The notes: generated by a model from the letters alone, not told the origin. A stretch of DNA of 64,000 bases from Actinomycetales bacterium (GCA_047974565.1 JBKECN010000015.1:68142-132141), one strand, 5' to 3'; counted from the stretch's first letter, positions 40,919 to 50,707 are shown. Numbers and translations: made by a program.

Positions 40919-41542
40919 GTGAAGTCCCTGTCGTCCCGACGCTCGGGCATGCTCGCCCGCCGGGCTGCCCCCTTTGCCCTGGCTGTCGCCGCGGTAGGCG
41001 TGATCGGTGCCACCGCCGCTCAGTCTGCCGCCGAGCCGGTGTGGGCCCAGACCCTGCCCGCGCCGGTCCCGGCCGCCGCCAAGGCGGCTGCGGATGCGCA
41101 GACTCAGGCTGACCAGGCGGACCGCGCCGCCATCGACGGCATCGTCTGGCGGGCCCAGGAGTTGGATCGCCAGCGCGCCGCCGAGGCGGCCGCCGCAGCG
41201 GCGGCTGAGGCCGCCCGCGCTCAGGAGCAGGCCGAGGCTCTCGCCGACCCCCGCGCGGTCGCGGCGCGCCTGGCCGCCGAGCGGGGTTGGGGCGCGGAGC
41301 AGTTCTCCTGCCTCAACAAGTTGTGGACACGCGAGTCCCAGTGGCAGTACACGGCGGACAACCCCACGTCCTCGGCCTATGGCATCCCGCAGGCGCTGCC
41401 CGGTAAGAAGATGGCCAGCGCAGGCGCGGACTGGGAGACCAACCCGGCCACCCAGATCCGCTGGGGGCTGAACTACATCGGCGACGTCTACGGCACCCCA
41501 TGCGGAGCCTGGGCGCACAGCGAGTCCCACAACTGGTACTGA
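40919..41542 (+). CDS. Secreted lytic-transglycosylase-like cell-wall protein
   Basis: GTG start, signal peptide RRAAPFALAVAAVGVIGATAAQSAA, Ala-rich coiled coil. C-terminal domain is FSCLNKLWTRESQWQYTADNPTSSAYGIPQALPGKKM...GTPCGAWAHSESHNWY. Confidence 0.7.
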   Translation: MKSLSSRRSGMLARRAAPFALAVAAVGVIGATAAQSAAEPVWAQTLPAPVPAAAKAAADAQTQADQADRAAIDGIVWRAQELDRQRAAEAAAAAAAEAARAQEQAEALADPRAVAARLAAERGWGAEQFSCLNKLWTRESQWQYTADNPTSSAYGIPQALPGKKMASAGADWETNPATQIRWGLNYIGDVYGTPCGAWAHSESHNWY

Positions 41543-41560
41543 GCCGTTGACGGCCGGTTC

Positions 41561-41720
41561 GGGCCGCTGGCCAGTGCTGGGCCGTTGGCAGCGCTGAGCC
41601 GCTCGGCATACCGGGCCGATGAGCGTCTGGGCCGATGAGCGTCTGGGCCGATGAGCACCCGGGCCGATGAGCACCTGGGCCGATGAGCAGCAGGGCCGTT
41701 GGCAGCAGGGCCGGTGGGCG
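41561..41720. repeat. About 10 tandem 15-18-nt units (GGGCCGATGAGCnnnn and variants) in the intergenic spacer
   Basis: Five exact-core copies at 41613, 41629, 41645, 41661 and 41677, with degenerate flanking copies. Confidence 0.9.
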
Positions 41721-41907
41721 GTGCCGGGCGGCTGACTGTCGGCAGAACCGGCTCCCGGCCAATCCTGATCCTCCTCGACGCGCCGATGGAACCGTCCGGG
41801 GTCCGTCCGGTGCGTCGAGGTTGGGCACCCGCCGCGAAGGTGAGGTAGCGTCGCGGCGCGTGACCTCGGCACCGCGACCGGCCCCCCAGTGCACCGACGG
41901 CTGACCA

Positions 41908-42477
41908 GTGGTGCCTGACTCTGGCTCACCTGACTCAGGCCCACCCGATTCTGGCCCACCTGACTCTGGCCCACCCGACTCAGGCCCACCCGACTCAGGC
42001 CTACCGGAGTCTGGCCCACCCGACTCGACCCCATCCGGCCCTGCCCGGGTTGACCCGGCATCTGGGCCGTCCTGCTCGGTGGTGGTTGTGGTCGACGCGG
42101 CGAATGTCGTCGGGTCGGTGCCCGACGGGTGGTGGCGCGATCGCCTCGGCGCGGCGAACAGGCTCGTGCGTCGAGTGGGCAGCCTCGCCACGGCCGGGGT
42201 GAGCGATGAACGTCTGGGCACCGGCATCCGCCACCCTGAGTGGATCGTCGTCGTCGAGGGCAAGGCCGCGCGGGCCCAGCCCGTCGACGGGGTCCGGGTG
42301 GTCTCCGCCTCCGGCTCCGGGGACGACGCCATCGTCGAGGTAGCCACCGGTGAGCGTTCCCGGGACGCTCAGGTGTGGGTGGTCACCAGTGACCGCGGGT
42401 TGCGCGCTCGGCTGGCGGACGTCGACGTCGCCGCAGTCGGTACCCGGTGGCTGACCAGCAGGCTCCCGGTGGCTTGA
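41908..42477 (+). CDS. NYN/PIN-like (YacP-like) domain protein with N-terminal PDSGP pentapeptide repeats
   Basis: C-terminal part VVVVVDAANVVGSVPDGWWRDR...WIVVVEGKA...VVTSDRGLRARL. The N-terminal 40 aa derive from a 15-nt repeat, so the start is uncertain. Confidence 0.5.
   Translation: MVPDSGSPDSGPPDSGPPDSGPPDSGPPDSGLPESGPPDSTPSGPARVDPASGPSCSVVVVVDAANVVGSVPDGWWRDRLGAANRLVRRVGSLATAGVSDERLGTGIRHPEWIVVVEGKAARAQPVDGVRVVSASGSGDDAIVEVATGERSRDAQVWVVTSDRGLRARLADVDVAAVGTRWLTSRLPVA
41914..42033 (+). repeat. 8 tandem 15-nt units (CCCGACTCAGGCCCA) encoding (PDSGP)n
   Basis: Units every 15 nt from 41914, in frame with the 41908 ORF. Confidence 0.9.
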
Positions 42478-42552
42478 CCTTCCCCGCCGCGGGTTGCTCC
42501 GGCTGGTCGGCCGAGCAGCATCGCCTGATCCAGGATTCGTCGGTCGCGGGTG

Positions 42553-43437
42553 TTACCCAGCGTCTGAGGCGATACCGCGCCGCAACACGGCCGGAGGACG
42601 GTCCCCGGCGATGCTGCGCACCATGTCCAGGGTGCGCCGGGTAGCGAGCGGGTCGTGGGTGCGGAACACGGTGCAGCCCATCCAACTCGCCAGCGCGGTG
42701 GCCGCCAGCGTCCCCTCGAGCCGGTCCTGCACCGGCAGGTCCAGGGTCTCCCCGACGAAGTCCTTGCGGGAGATCGCCTGTAGCACCGGATATCCCAGCG
42801 AGACGATCTCCGGCGTGTGGCGCAGCAGGGTGAGCGAATGCAACGTGTTCTTCCCGAAGTCCAAGGTCGGGTCGACCAGGATGCGCTCGGGCCGCACGCC
42901 CGCCGCAGTGGCCCGCTCGGCCCCGGCAGCCAAGTCGGCCAGCACCGCGCGCACCACGCCGTCCGGCTCCGGGTCGTATCGAGGCGCCACCGGGTCAGTA
43001 CGAGGAGGAAGCCCACCGGTGTGCGAGACCACATATCCGGCATCGAGATCGGCAGCCACCCCCACCAACTCGGGGTCCGCACCGGCCCACGTGTCGTTGA
43101 TCAGCTCAGGATGACCCCAGGCCAGGCGTCGGGCTACCTCACTGCGCCAGGTGTCGATGCTCAAGACCACCCCGTCCAGGCGTTCACGCAGGCCCGAGAC
43201 GAAGGGAGCCAGGGCGTCATACTCCTGGGTCGCCGACACCGGCGGACCTTCCTGTCCGGCCCGTACCGCCCCGACGTCCACGATGTCCGCGCCCTGGGCG
43301 ACCGCCTCCTCGGCAGCGGCCAGCGCTTGGCTGAGCTCCGGGTGGCGTCCGGCCGCGTAGAACGAGTTCCTGGTCCGGTTGACGATGCACATCACCGCGG
43401 GCCGGCGTGGGCCGAAGACCTGACCGCCGAGGTGCAA
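42553..43437 (-). CDS. folP: Dihydropteroate synthase
   Basis: 3' part of track ORF 42553..43917. Family alignment begins near PAVMCIVNRTRNSFY, with a candidate TTG start at 43437. Motifs DIVDVGA, SIDTW, INDTWAG, LDPTLDFGK, SRKDF. Confidence 0.8.
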   Translation of the reverse strand: MHLGGQVFGPRRPAVMCIVNRTRNSFYAAGRHPELSQALAAAEEAVAQGADIVDVGAVRAGQEGPPVSATQEYDALAPFVSGLRERLDGVVLSIDTWRSEVARRLAWGHPELINDTWAGADPELVGVAADLDAGYVVSHTGGLPPRTDPVAPRYDPEPDGVVRAVLADLAAGAERATAAGVRPERILVDPTLDFGKNTLHSLTLLRHTPEIVSLGYPVLQAISRKDFVGETLDLPVQDRLEGTLAATALASWMGCTVFRTHDPLATRRTLDMVRSIAGDRPPAVLRRGIASDAG

Positions 43438-43858
43438 CTCGTGGGGCCGAGTGTCAGTTCCCCCCGAGCACGTCGACTCGGCGTGGTCCGGATCCTGCCC
43501 GCTGCGCCTCAACGTGCCCTCCCGTGCGTTCGTGGGTGCCTCTGGCCCATTGTCTCCCGAGCAGGCGAACCACGCCCGACAGACCGGGCGCCTACTCGGA
43601 ACACTGTCCGCAATGAAGTGTTCGTTTAACGTGACCCACGATGGTCCCGCGAGCGGGGCATCGTTCACCGAGTGGCAATCCGCGACCTTCGACAACTCGC
43701 CGGGGTGAGCGTCGTCAAGTCCCGCGGGCGGCACCCGGGTACCGCAACTTCCGCCCCGCGCGAGGACTCGCCTGGCAGGCACTGGTCGCCAGGTCGACCG
43801 AGGCATCGTGCGCTCGCGCTCGCTCCGACGGGACGCCTCGTCCAGGCGGGTGGTGAGC

Positions 43859-44623
43859 TCAACCACGCAGCCTGATCGACAGGCACGTGACACACCCCTC
43901 CAACTTCTCGAACTCACTGATGTCCACCGACACGATGCGATAACCCTCGCCTTCCAACAGTTCTCGCGTCCGCGGTGCGGACGCGGCGAGCAATACCGTC
44001 GTCGCGTCGAGGAGCACCACGTGGGCCCCCGGCTCCTCGGGGACGGCCCGGAAGCCGGGCCACCAGCCGGGATCGTCCACGACGGGAGGCCAGCCCACGA
44101 TGGTGCCGTCCGGCAATGCCGTCACCGCCGACTTCAGGTGCAGGGCCTTGGTGACCGGGACGCCGATCACCTCGGCACCCCTGGTGGACAGCACCTCGCG
44201 CAACTGGGCGACGCCGGCCGCGTTGGTCCTGCCGCCCAGCCCCACCCAGACCGTTCCGCCGTGTTTGAGGACGTCGCCACCATCCAGCGTGCCCGGTGCC
44301 TCGATCCGGGCGATCCGGTATCCGGCCTCGCGCAGGGCCACCTCCACCGCCTCGGTCTCCGGACGACGTTGCTGGGCTCCCGATCGCGCGATCACGGCCA
44401 CGTCCGCGTAGACGACCGCGGTGTCCTCGATGAAGACGCTGTCCGGGCAGTCGGACGGTGCGGGCGGCACCTCGATCGTCCGCCAACCGTGGGTGGCCAG
44501 GGCCTCGACATAGGCGTGCCACTGACGATCCGCAGCGTCCAGATCCACCTCACTGCGGCAGATGTGGGTGATCAGACCCTCGGCCAGCCGGGGACCCGGA
44601 CGGCGCACCAGCACGGCAGTCAT
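43859..44623 (-). CDS. Dimethylarginine dimethylaminohydrolase-like amidinotransferase-fold enzyme
   Basis: 254 aa. PDSVFIEDTAVV, GTLDGGDVL, ALHLKSAVTAL, and C-terminal catalytic Cys context LEGCVTCLSIRL. Confidence 0.8.
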   Translation of the reverse strand: MTAVLVRRPGPRLAEGLITHICRSEVDLDAADRQWHAYVEALATHGWRTIEVPPAPSDCPDSVFIEDTAVVYADVAVIARSGAQQRRPETEAVEVALREAGYRIARIEAPGTLDGGDVLKHGGTVWVGLGGRTNAAGVAQLREVLSTRGAEVIGVPVTKALHLKSAVTALPDGTIVGWPPVVDDPGWWPGFRAVPEEPGAHVVLLDATTVLLAASAPRTRELLEGEGYRIVSVDISEFEKLEGCVTCLSIRLRG

Positions 44624-44659
44624 GGCGTGATCATGCCAGCACGCAGACCCTCAGGCACC

Positions 44660-44760
44660 GCACCCGACATGACCCGCACCCGACATGACCCGCACCCGAC
44701 ATGACCCGCACGACGACATGACCCGAACCCGACATGACCCGCACCCGACATGACCCGCAC
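44660..44760. repeat. About 6.5 tandem 16-nt units (GCACCCGACATGACCC) in the intergenic spacer
   Basis: Copies at 44660, 44676, 44692, 44708 (17 nt), 44725 and 44741, then a partial copy. Confidence 0.9.
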
Positions 44761-44888
44761 GAGCAGACGGCGGAGGTCGGCGTGGCGTCGTGCCGTCACC
44801 ATGGGTGCTGATTCAGCCGCGCGGCGACCCCGTCCGGTCATGGCCGGGGAAGGCCAACCGTGCCTGGTCAGGGTCGCCGCGACATCGG

Positions 44889-46268
44889 TCAGGCCCCGGG
44901 GATCGCCGGCAGTCGGGTCAGTGCCTCGTCCACCGCGGCGCGCAGGTCGTCGTCGGCGATGGTGTGATCGACCACCTGACCGGTGAGGTAGGCGTGATAC
45001 GCGGGCAGATCGAGATGGCCGTGGCCGCACAGGGCGGTGAGGATCACCTTGCTCTCACCGGACTCCTTGCACCGCAAGGCCTCGGCGACGGTCTCGGCCA
45101 GCGCGTGGGTGGGCTCGGGGGCCGGGACGATGCCCTCGGTCCGGGCGAACTGCACTCCGGCGGCGAAGCACTCGGTCTGTGGGATCGCGGCCGCTTCGAT
45201 CAGGCCCTGGTCGTAGACGTGCGAGATGAGCGGGGCCATGCCGTGGTACCGCAGACCGCCGGCGTGGATCGGGTCCGGGATGAAGTCGTGCCCGAGGGTG
45301 TGCATCTTCATCAGCGGAGTCATCCCCGCGGTGTCGCCGAAGTCGTAGGCGTAGGTGCCCTGCGTCAGGGTCGGGCAGGCCGCCGGTTCGACCGCGCGGA
45401 TCACCGGATTCATTCTGCCGTGCAGCTTCTCGCGCAGGAAGGGGAAGGCCAGGCCGCCGAAGTTCGAACCACCGCCGGTACAGCCGACGATGAGGTCGGG
45501 CTGTTCGTGGATCGAGGACAGTTGCTTGAGGGCCTCCTCGCCGATGATCGTCTGGTGCAAGAGCACGTGGTTGAGGACGCTGCCGAGGGCGTATTTGACC
45601 CCCTCGTCCTGAGCGGCCATCTCGACCGCTTCACTGATCGCGATCCCGAGCGAGCCGGGCGAGTCCGGGTGCTCGGCGAGGATCGCGCGGCCGGCGTTGG
45701 TCAGCTCCGAGGGGCTGGGGTGAACCGTGCCCCCGAAGGTCTCGATCATCAGTCGCCGATAGGGCTTGGAGTCGTAGGAAGCTCGGACCTGCCATACCTG
45801 GCATTCCAACCCGAACTGGGCGCAGGCGAAGGCCAACGCGGTGCCCCACTGACCCGCGCCGGTTTCGGTGGTGAGCCGGGTGATTCCATTGATCTTGTTG
45901 TAATAAGCCTGCGGCACAGCGGTGTTCGGCTTGTGAGAGCCGGCTGGCGAGACGCCCTCGTACTTGTAGTAGATGCGTGCTGGGGTGTCGAGAGCCTGCT
46001 CGAGCCGGTGTGCCCGATACAGCGGCGACGGACGCCAGAGTCGGTAGACGTCCAGCACCTCACCCGGAATGTCGATGTATCGCTCGGTGCTCATCTCCTG
46101 CGCGATGAGTTCCGGGGGGAAGAGAGCGGCCAGATCGTCGGCCACCACCGGCAAGCCGGTGCCCGGATGCAGCGGGGGCGGGGGAGGCGTCGGCAGGTCC
46201 GCGAGGATGTTGTACCAAGCGGTCGGCATCTCGGTCTCGTCGAGCAGGATCTTGTGATGGTTGGGCAA
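44889..46268 (-). CDS. TrpB2-type tryptophan synthase beta-like PLP enzyme
   Basis: 459 aa. [52 protein letters not shown]. Confidence 0.9.
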   Translation of the reverse strand: MPNHHKILLDETEMPTAWYNILADLPTPPPPPLHPGTGLPVVADDLAALFPPELIAQEMSTERYIDIPGEVLDVYRLWRPSPLYRAHRLEQALDTPARIYYKYEGVSPAGSHKPNTAVPQAYYNKINGITRLTTETGAGQWGTALAFACAQFGLECQVWQVRASYDSKPYRRLMIETFGGTVHPSPSELTNAGRAILAEHPDSPGSLGIAISEAVEMAAQDEGVKYALGSVLNHVLLHQTIIGEEALKQLSSIHEQPDLIVGCTGGGSNFGGLAFPFLREKLHGRMNPVIRAVEPAACPTLTQGTYAYDFGDTAGMTPLMKMHTLGHDFIPDPIHAGGLRYHGMAPLISHVYDQGLIEAAAIPQTECFAAGVQFARTEGIVPAPEPTHALAETVAEALRCKESGESKVILTALCGHGHLDLPAYHAYLTGQVVDHTIADDDLRAAVDEALTRLPAIPGA

Positions 46269-46427
46269 CCCGGCGTCCTTTCCGCGTCGGCCCGCACCGG
46301 CGCGGGCACCCGGTCACCCTACGCCGCCGCGCCCACGTGGATGCGCAGTTTCACCACGACTCCGCCGGTCACGGTCGGCCCGGGGTTCGCGGCCGGCGGG
46401 ATTGCCGCAGGAGAGCGTCGCCGATGG

Positions 46428-46910
46428 CTACTGTCGCAGGTCCTGTCGAAGGTCGGCCGATGCGAGTCCGGCTGGGCTGGAACCGTTTCGAGGCCAGGTC
46501 CAGGCGGTACGCAGGATGAAGGCCAGGATCAGCACCTCGAGCCCGATCGAGAGGGCATAGAAGTAGGTCCAGGATTCGCCCACCGCGTTGAACATCGCGT
46601 AGGGGATGCTCAGCGACGCCACGGCGAGATTGAGAGTGCGGTTCGCACGGGCCGGCAGCGTCATCGACAGCAGGATCATGAAACTCGTCACCGCCACTGA
46701 CGCGAGGAATCCCGTCAGCAACGCTTGGCTGATGTCGAACTCGAAAACCCTTCCGGCGCGGATGTTGTCGAGGACGCCGGGCTTGTGTAGTTGCAGATAA
46801 TCCACATAGATGTACAGGAACATGAAACTCGTCCAGGCGGCGGCGAGCTTGCCCTGCACGGGAATCGGCGGAGTGACGAACTGCTTCGTGGTCTGGCTTG
46901 CGATGGTCAT
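46428..46910 (-). CDS. Small integral membrane protein (hypothetical)
   Basis: 160 aa, four hydrophobic helices, visibly lower GC than its neighbours. Confidence 0.55.
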   Translation of the reverse strand: MTIASQTTKQFVTPPIPVQGKLAAAWTSFMFLYIYVDYLQLHKPGVLDNIRAGRVFEFDISQALLTGFLASVAVTSFMILLSMTLPARANRTLNLAVASLSIPYAMFNAVGESWTYFYALSIGLEVLILAFILRTAWTWPRNGSSPAGLASADLRQDLRQ

Positions 46911-46995
46911 CGGTTTCCTTCGACAGGAGTGGTCCGTCCGCCGGGCCGGCGGTGGTCTGGGTGTGGGGCGCGGGTGGGTGGTGTCGTCGGTGCGC

Positions 46996-48036
46996 TCAGG
47001 TGGTGACGACGACCTTGCCTCGGGTGTGCCCGGTCGCCACGTGGTGGAACGCCTCGGCCGCTTGGTCGAGGGGATAGATGCGGTCGATGACGGGCACGAC
47101 CTGCCCGGTGGCGAGCAGGTCGGCCAGGGCGAGCAGATCCTGGCGCCGGGCGAGCGAGGTGAAGGGCCTCAGGTGCGCAGGGGTGAATCCGGACAGCATG
47201 CGGGCTCTGGCGATCCGAGGGAGGGGCCCCAGCCAGCGGCCACCGTGTCCGCTGTTGGGGATGAGGGTGCCGGAGGGCGTCAGCGCTCGGCGGACTGCCG
47301 TCAGGGGCTGGGCCTCCACGTTGTCGAGGATGACGTCGTAGCGCGCGCGGGTACTGGTGAAGTCGGTCGTGGTGTAGTCCACGACGTGGTCGGCGCCCAG
47401 GGATCGCACCAGTTCGACGTTGCCGGTGCTGCACACCCCCGTCACCTCGGCACCGAAGGCCTTGGCGATCTGAACGGCGAAGGAGCCGACGCCCCCCGAC
47501 GCGCCCGTGACCAGTACCGTCTGGCCGGGTCGGACGTGCGCGATATCTCGTAGGGCCTGCAAGGCCGTCATGGCTGAGGTGGGCACTGCTGCGGCCTGCG
47601 CCACCGACAGGGCGTCCGGCACCGGCACGAGGTTGTCCGCCGGGACACAGGCGTACTCCGCGAGCGCCCCTGCGGTGCCCCAGCCGAACACCTGATCGCC
47701 AGGGCGCACAGCGGTGACATCCTTCCCGACCCTGGCCACCACCCCGGCGAGGTCCTGGCCGGGGATGGCGTGGCGGGGCCGACGGAGCCCAAACACCAGG
47801 CGCACCACATACGGCGTCCCGGTCAGGATGAAGTAGTCACCCGGGTGCACCGAGGCCGCGCCCACCTGGACGAGCACCTCGTCACGGCCAGGTTTCGGTA
47901 GTGCGAGTTCGCCAGACTCGAGCACCGAGGGTGGACCGTAGCGGTGTCGGACGACGGCCCGCATCGTCGCCGACCCGGGCGCAATCACCTCCGGCACCGG
48001 ACCTACTCCGCCAGCTGACCGCTGTTCGATTCCCAT
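46996..48036 (-). CDS. NADPH:quinone-reductase-like MDR oxidoreductase
   Basis: 3' part of track ORF 46996..48327. ATG 48036 is preceded by GGGGAGG. VLVTGASGGVGSFAVQIAK, C-terminal GHTRGKVVV. Confidence 0.85.
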   Translation of the reverse strand: MGIEQRSAGGVGPVPEVIAPGSATMRAVVRHRYGPPSVLESGELALPKPGRDEVLVQVGAASVHPGDYFILTGTPYVVRLVFGLRRPRHAIPGQDLAGVVARVGKDVTAVRPGDQVFGWGTAGALAEYACVPADNLVPVPDALSVAQAAAVPTSAMTALQALRDIAHVRPGQTVLVTGASGGVGSFAVQIAKAFGAEVTGVCSTGNVELVRSLGADHVVDYTTTDFTSTRARYDVILDNVEAQPLTAVRRALTPSGTLIPNSGHGGRWLGPLPRIARARMLSGFTPAHLRPFTSLARRQDLLALADLLATGQVVPVIDRIYPLDQAAEAFHHVATGHTRGKVVVTT

Positions 48037-48116
48037 CTGAGCCTCCCCACCTGCCAGCCGCGACCCTCGCGGCCTCGTCCATCGCGCCTCGTACATCTGG
48101 TCTCGAACGCCCGGCC

Positions 48117-48161
48117 TCGTACGTCGTACGTCGTACGCTGTACGACAATCGTACGCTGTAC
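48117..48161. promoter_or_regulatory. GTACG-rich repeat/palindrome cluster between the divergent TetR and quinone-reductase genes (candidate TetR operator)
   Basis: TCGTACG x3 in tandem from 48117. Inverted repeat GTACGA-caa-TCGTAC at 48140-48154. Direct repeat CGTACGCTGTA at 48132 and 48150. Confidence 0.45.
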
Positions 48162-48214
48162 TATGAGCGCGCGCTGAGTGAATGTCAAGCGGTGTCGAGT
48201 GAGCGAGGAGAGTT

Positions 48215-48877
48215 GTGCCTGCGAGAGGAAGACGCCAGGTCGGCTCGGACGCGGGACTGAGCAAGGAACGTGTGGTGAGCGAGGCGATCCGGCTCGCCGA
48301 CCGGGAGGGCATCGAGGCGCTGAGCATGCGCCGGCTGGGCGGCGCGCTCGATGCGGGTGCGATGTCGCTCTATCACTACGTGTCGGGCAAGGAGGAGGTC
48401 CTGGACGCCATGATCGACAGCGTGTTCGAGGAGATCGAGCTCCCGGCCGACGGGACCGACTGGCAGTCGGCGATGCGCCGGCGGGCGATTTCCGCCCGGC
48501 AGGCCCTGGCGCGCCACCCGTGGGCGATCGGTCTGATGGAGTCGCGGACATCGCCGGGACCGGCGAACCTGCGCCACCATGAAGCGGTCACCGCCTGCCT
48601 GCGCAGGGCCGGTTTCCCTGTCCTGATGGCCACGCACGCCAACTGGTTGCTCGACAGCTATGTCTACGGCTTCGCCCTGCAGGAAGCGGGCCTGCCGTTC
48701 GACACCGCCGATGAGCTCGGGGACGTCTACCTTCCCCACCTGCCTGCCGACGAGTTCCCCTATCTCCATGAATCCGCTGCGGAGCTGGTCGCTTCCGGCT
48801 ACGACCCAGCGCAGGAGTTCAGCTTCGGCCTCGACCTCGTCCTGGCTGCGCTCGAGCCCTTGAGAGCCTCGGGGTAG
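48215..48877 (+). CDS. TetR/AcrR-family transcriptional regulator
   Basis: HTH LSMRRLGGALDAGAMSLYHYVSGKEEVL and a long TetR-type C-terminal domain. Confidence 0.85.
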   Translation: MPARGRRQVGSDAGLSKERVVSEAIRLADREGIEALSMRRLGGALDAGAMSLYHYVSGKEEVLDAMIDSVFEEIELPADGTDWQSAMRRRAISARQALARHPWAIGLMESRTSPGPANLRHHEAVTACLRRAGFPVLMATHANWLLDSYVYGFALQEAGLPFDTADELGDVYLPHLPADEFPYLHESAAELVASGYDPAQEFSFGLDLVLAALEPLRASG

Positions 48878-50004
48878 GAGCGTTCAGGGCCGGTGTCGCC
48901 TTCCCAGCCGTGCCTTCTGGTGAGTTGCCGGGGCCGTGCGCTGGGCTGGGGAGGCGCAATGTCGTCCATCGCCGCGCCGATGAGGGGGCCACGCCTGCGG
49001 CGTAGCGACTCCCCTCGCCGATCACTCGGTCACAGCACCTGCCATCGGGTCTGACGACTCGACGTGCGAATGTGTTGATTGGAACCCCGCAGACCGACCG
49101 GACGTTGGCCGATACCGTGACGTTCTTCTCGCGGGCAGGACGCCCGGGGGCAGGCCTGGGCCGATGACCCGGTGGCTGGGCTGTCCGAGTCCGATCCTGT
49201 CCATCGCTCTGCCGTCGCGGCCGCCGCCCGTGCCGCTCGGGCGGGGATGGCCCGCACCCCGCTCGGCCGTCGAGGAGCACCCGCTTCTGGGATTCGCCCT
49301 CGCCCGGTTCGTGCTCCACTGATGGGCACCGGATCCGGCGGCGGCCTCGGAATCGGTGGCGTCGTCGCGCGGACCAGGCCCTCCAGTACCGGGCCGACCG
49401 TCACTTTCTCCCTGGCGCGCCGGTCTCGGCTCCGGTCCGCACGCGCCAAGTCGGTGCGCCTGGCACCTGCGAGAGCAGCTGTGACTCGCTCACGATTGAA
49501 GCGCCGGCGGACACTGCACGCGTCGGCCACCCGGCACGGGTCTGGTGTGCTCGACGCGATTGCTCCAGGGAACCTCAGCAGCTCCGCCGCGCTGCAGGGG
49601 GCGGCTTCCTCTGGCCGGCCCGAGCGCGGCCAGCGAATGCGCACGGTCCGGGTCGGGGTCCTGCGGAAATCACGGGCTGCCTCTCGCGTGCCGATTGCAC
49701 CGGCATCCTCCTCGTCCTGCCTGTCATCGACGCGCACGCCGGCTTCGAGGGTCTGGCTACGGCGAACGGGTGTGACTGCCGGGGAACGGCTTGGGTCAGG
49801 CCCGGCGAAAGCCGATGCCTTTGCCATGGTCGACTTCGCACTGCGCCACGCCACGGACTTCATCAGCATCGTCGCCGAACTGCGCTACGGCGGCCCGCGC
49901 AAGTCTCGTCGGCAGATCTGAGGAACCTGCTGCGCGGGCGAGACCGGGTGTAGGTTCGTGCGCGATCAGTCAGTCGCGTACCGCTCTGACTTGCAGGTTC
50001 TCGC

Positions 50005-50220
50005 TTAGGAAGCCGTTGACCCCTTGAAGCGCACTGGGGGCTCGAGATCCCATCCGGGCCAGGTAGCCCAGGTCTCGGGAGAGTCAGTTGCTGCATCCAC
50101 AGCTTCTCGGACGGCTTCTGCGACATGACGGCCCAGTCCAGGCTCTCGGTCCTCATACCAACCGACGTCGGCGTCAGCCTCAGCGTTAGCGTCCGGGTGG
50201 AACTCGAAAGCCAGGCTCAT
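50005..50220 (-). pseudogene. Short RelE/ParE-family toxin gene, probably C-terminally truncated
   Basis: MSLAFEFHPDANAEADADVGWYEDREPGLGRHVAEAVREAVDAATDSPETWATWPG matches the family N-terminal two-thirds. The frame stops where the conserved RFPY-type strand is expected. Confidence 0.4.
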
Positions 50221-50420
50221 GCGTTGCGTGCGGCCTCGCGGGCGGCAAGGCGTGCCTCGATGTCGGCAAACACCTTCTCGCCTGGGACGGTCTCCACACG
50301 GCCGTTCAGGATGTCGCCCACCGTGACGAGATCTCCCGGGTCCAGGCCTCGTCAACCTGCTGCTGGTCGACGACCTCCACGGAATCAAGTAGATGCAGGG
50401 CGACCCAACCTGCGAACCGT
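50217..50420 (-). pseudogene. Remnant of a ParD-like antitoxin (frame-disrupted)
   Basis: C-terminal frame ...VGDILNGRVETVPGEKVFADIEARLAAREAARNA ends in an ATGA overlap with the toxin start but is closed by an upstream TGA at about 50352. Possible N-terminal fragments lie in another frame. Confidence 0.3.
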
Positions 50421-50707
50421 TGGTCGCCGACCAGAACATCTCCGCGCAACTGCGCCCGCCCTGGTGATGCCGCACCCGGCGCACCGGCCGCCCAGCGGCC
50501 ACATGACGGGCGTCCACTCCCGCCATCGTCGTCGCCGCCTCGCCACCAACTTCGTCGAGGTAGCGCACCTTGACCGAGTTCAAGGCCACGGTTCGAGGTG
50601 AACCGAGCGACACGCAGAACGCGACAACTGACACGCCACCGACAGGTGAACGCGAAACCGACGACATCCGTAACGCGAACCACAGCGCTGGGACTAGGAT
50701 TAGCGGG

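Noticed and set aside
43438-43858. ZTP (pfl) riboswitch upstream of folP, prompted by CCGCCTGGA on the minus strand near 43836-43850
   Set aside because: The match sits immediately after the upstream gene's stop. The 5' sub-domain (GGGUCGUGACUGGCG-like) is absent from the spacer. The single short match is likely chance in GC-rich DNA.
42553-43917. Full 454-aa track ORF as folP
   Set aside because: The N-terminal ~160 codons have no DHPS similarity. DHPS-like sequence starts near PAVMCIVNRT, so the gene was trimmed to a candidate TTG start at 43437. The start remains uncertain.
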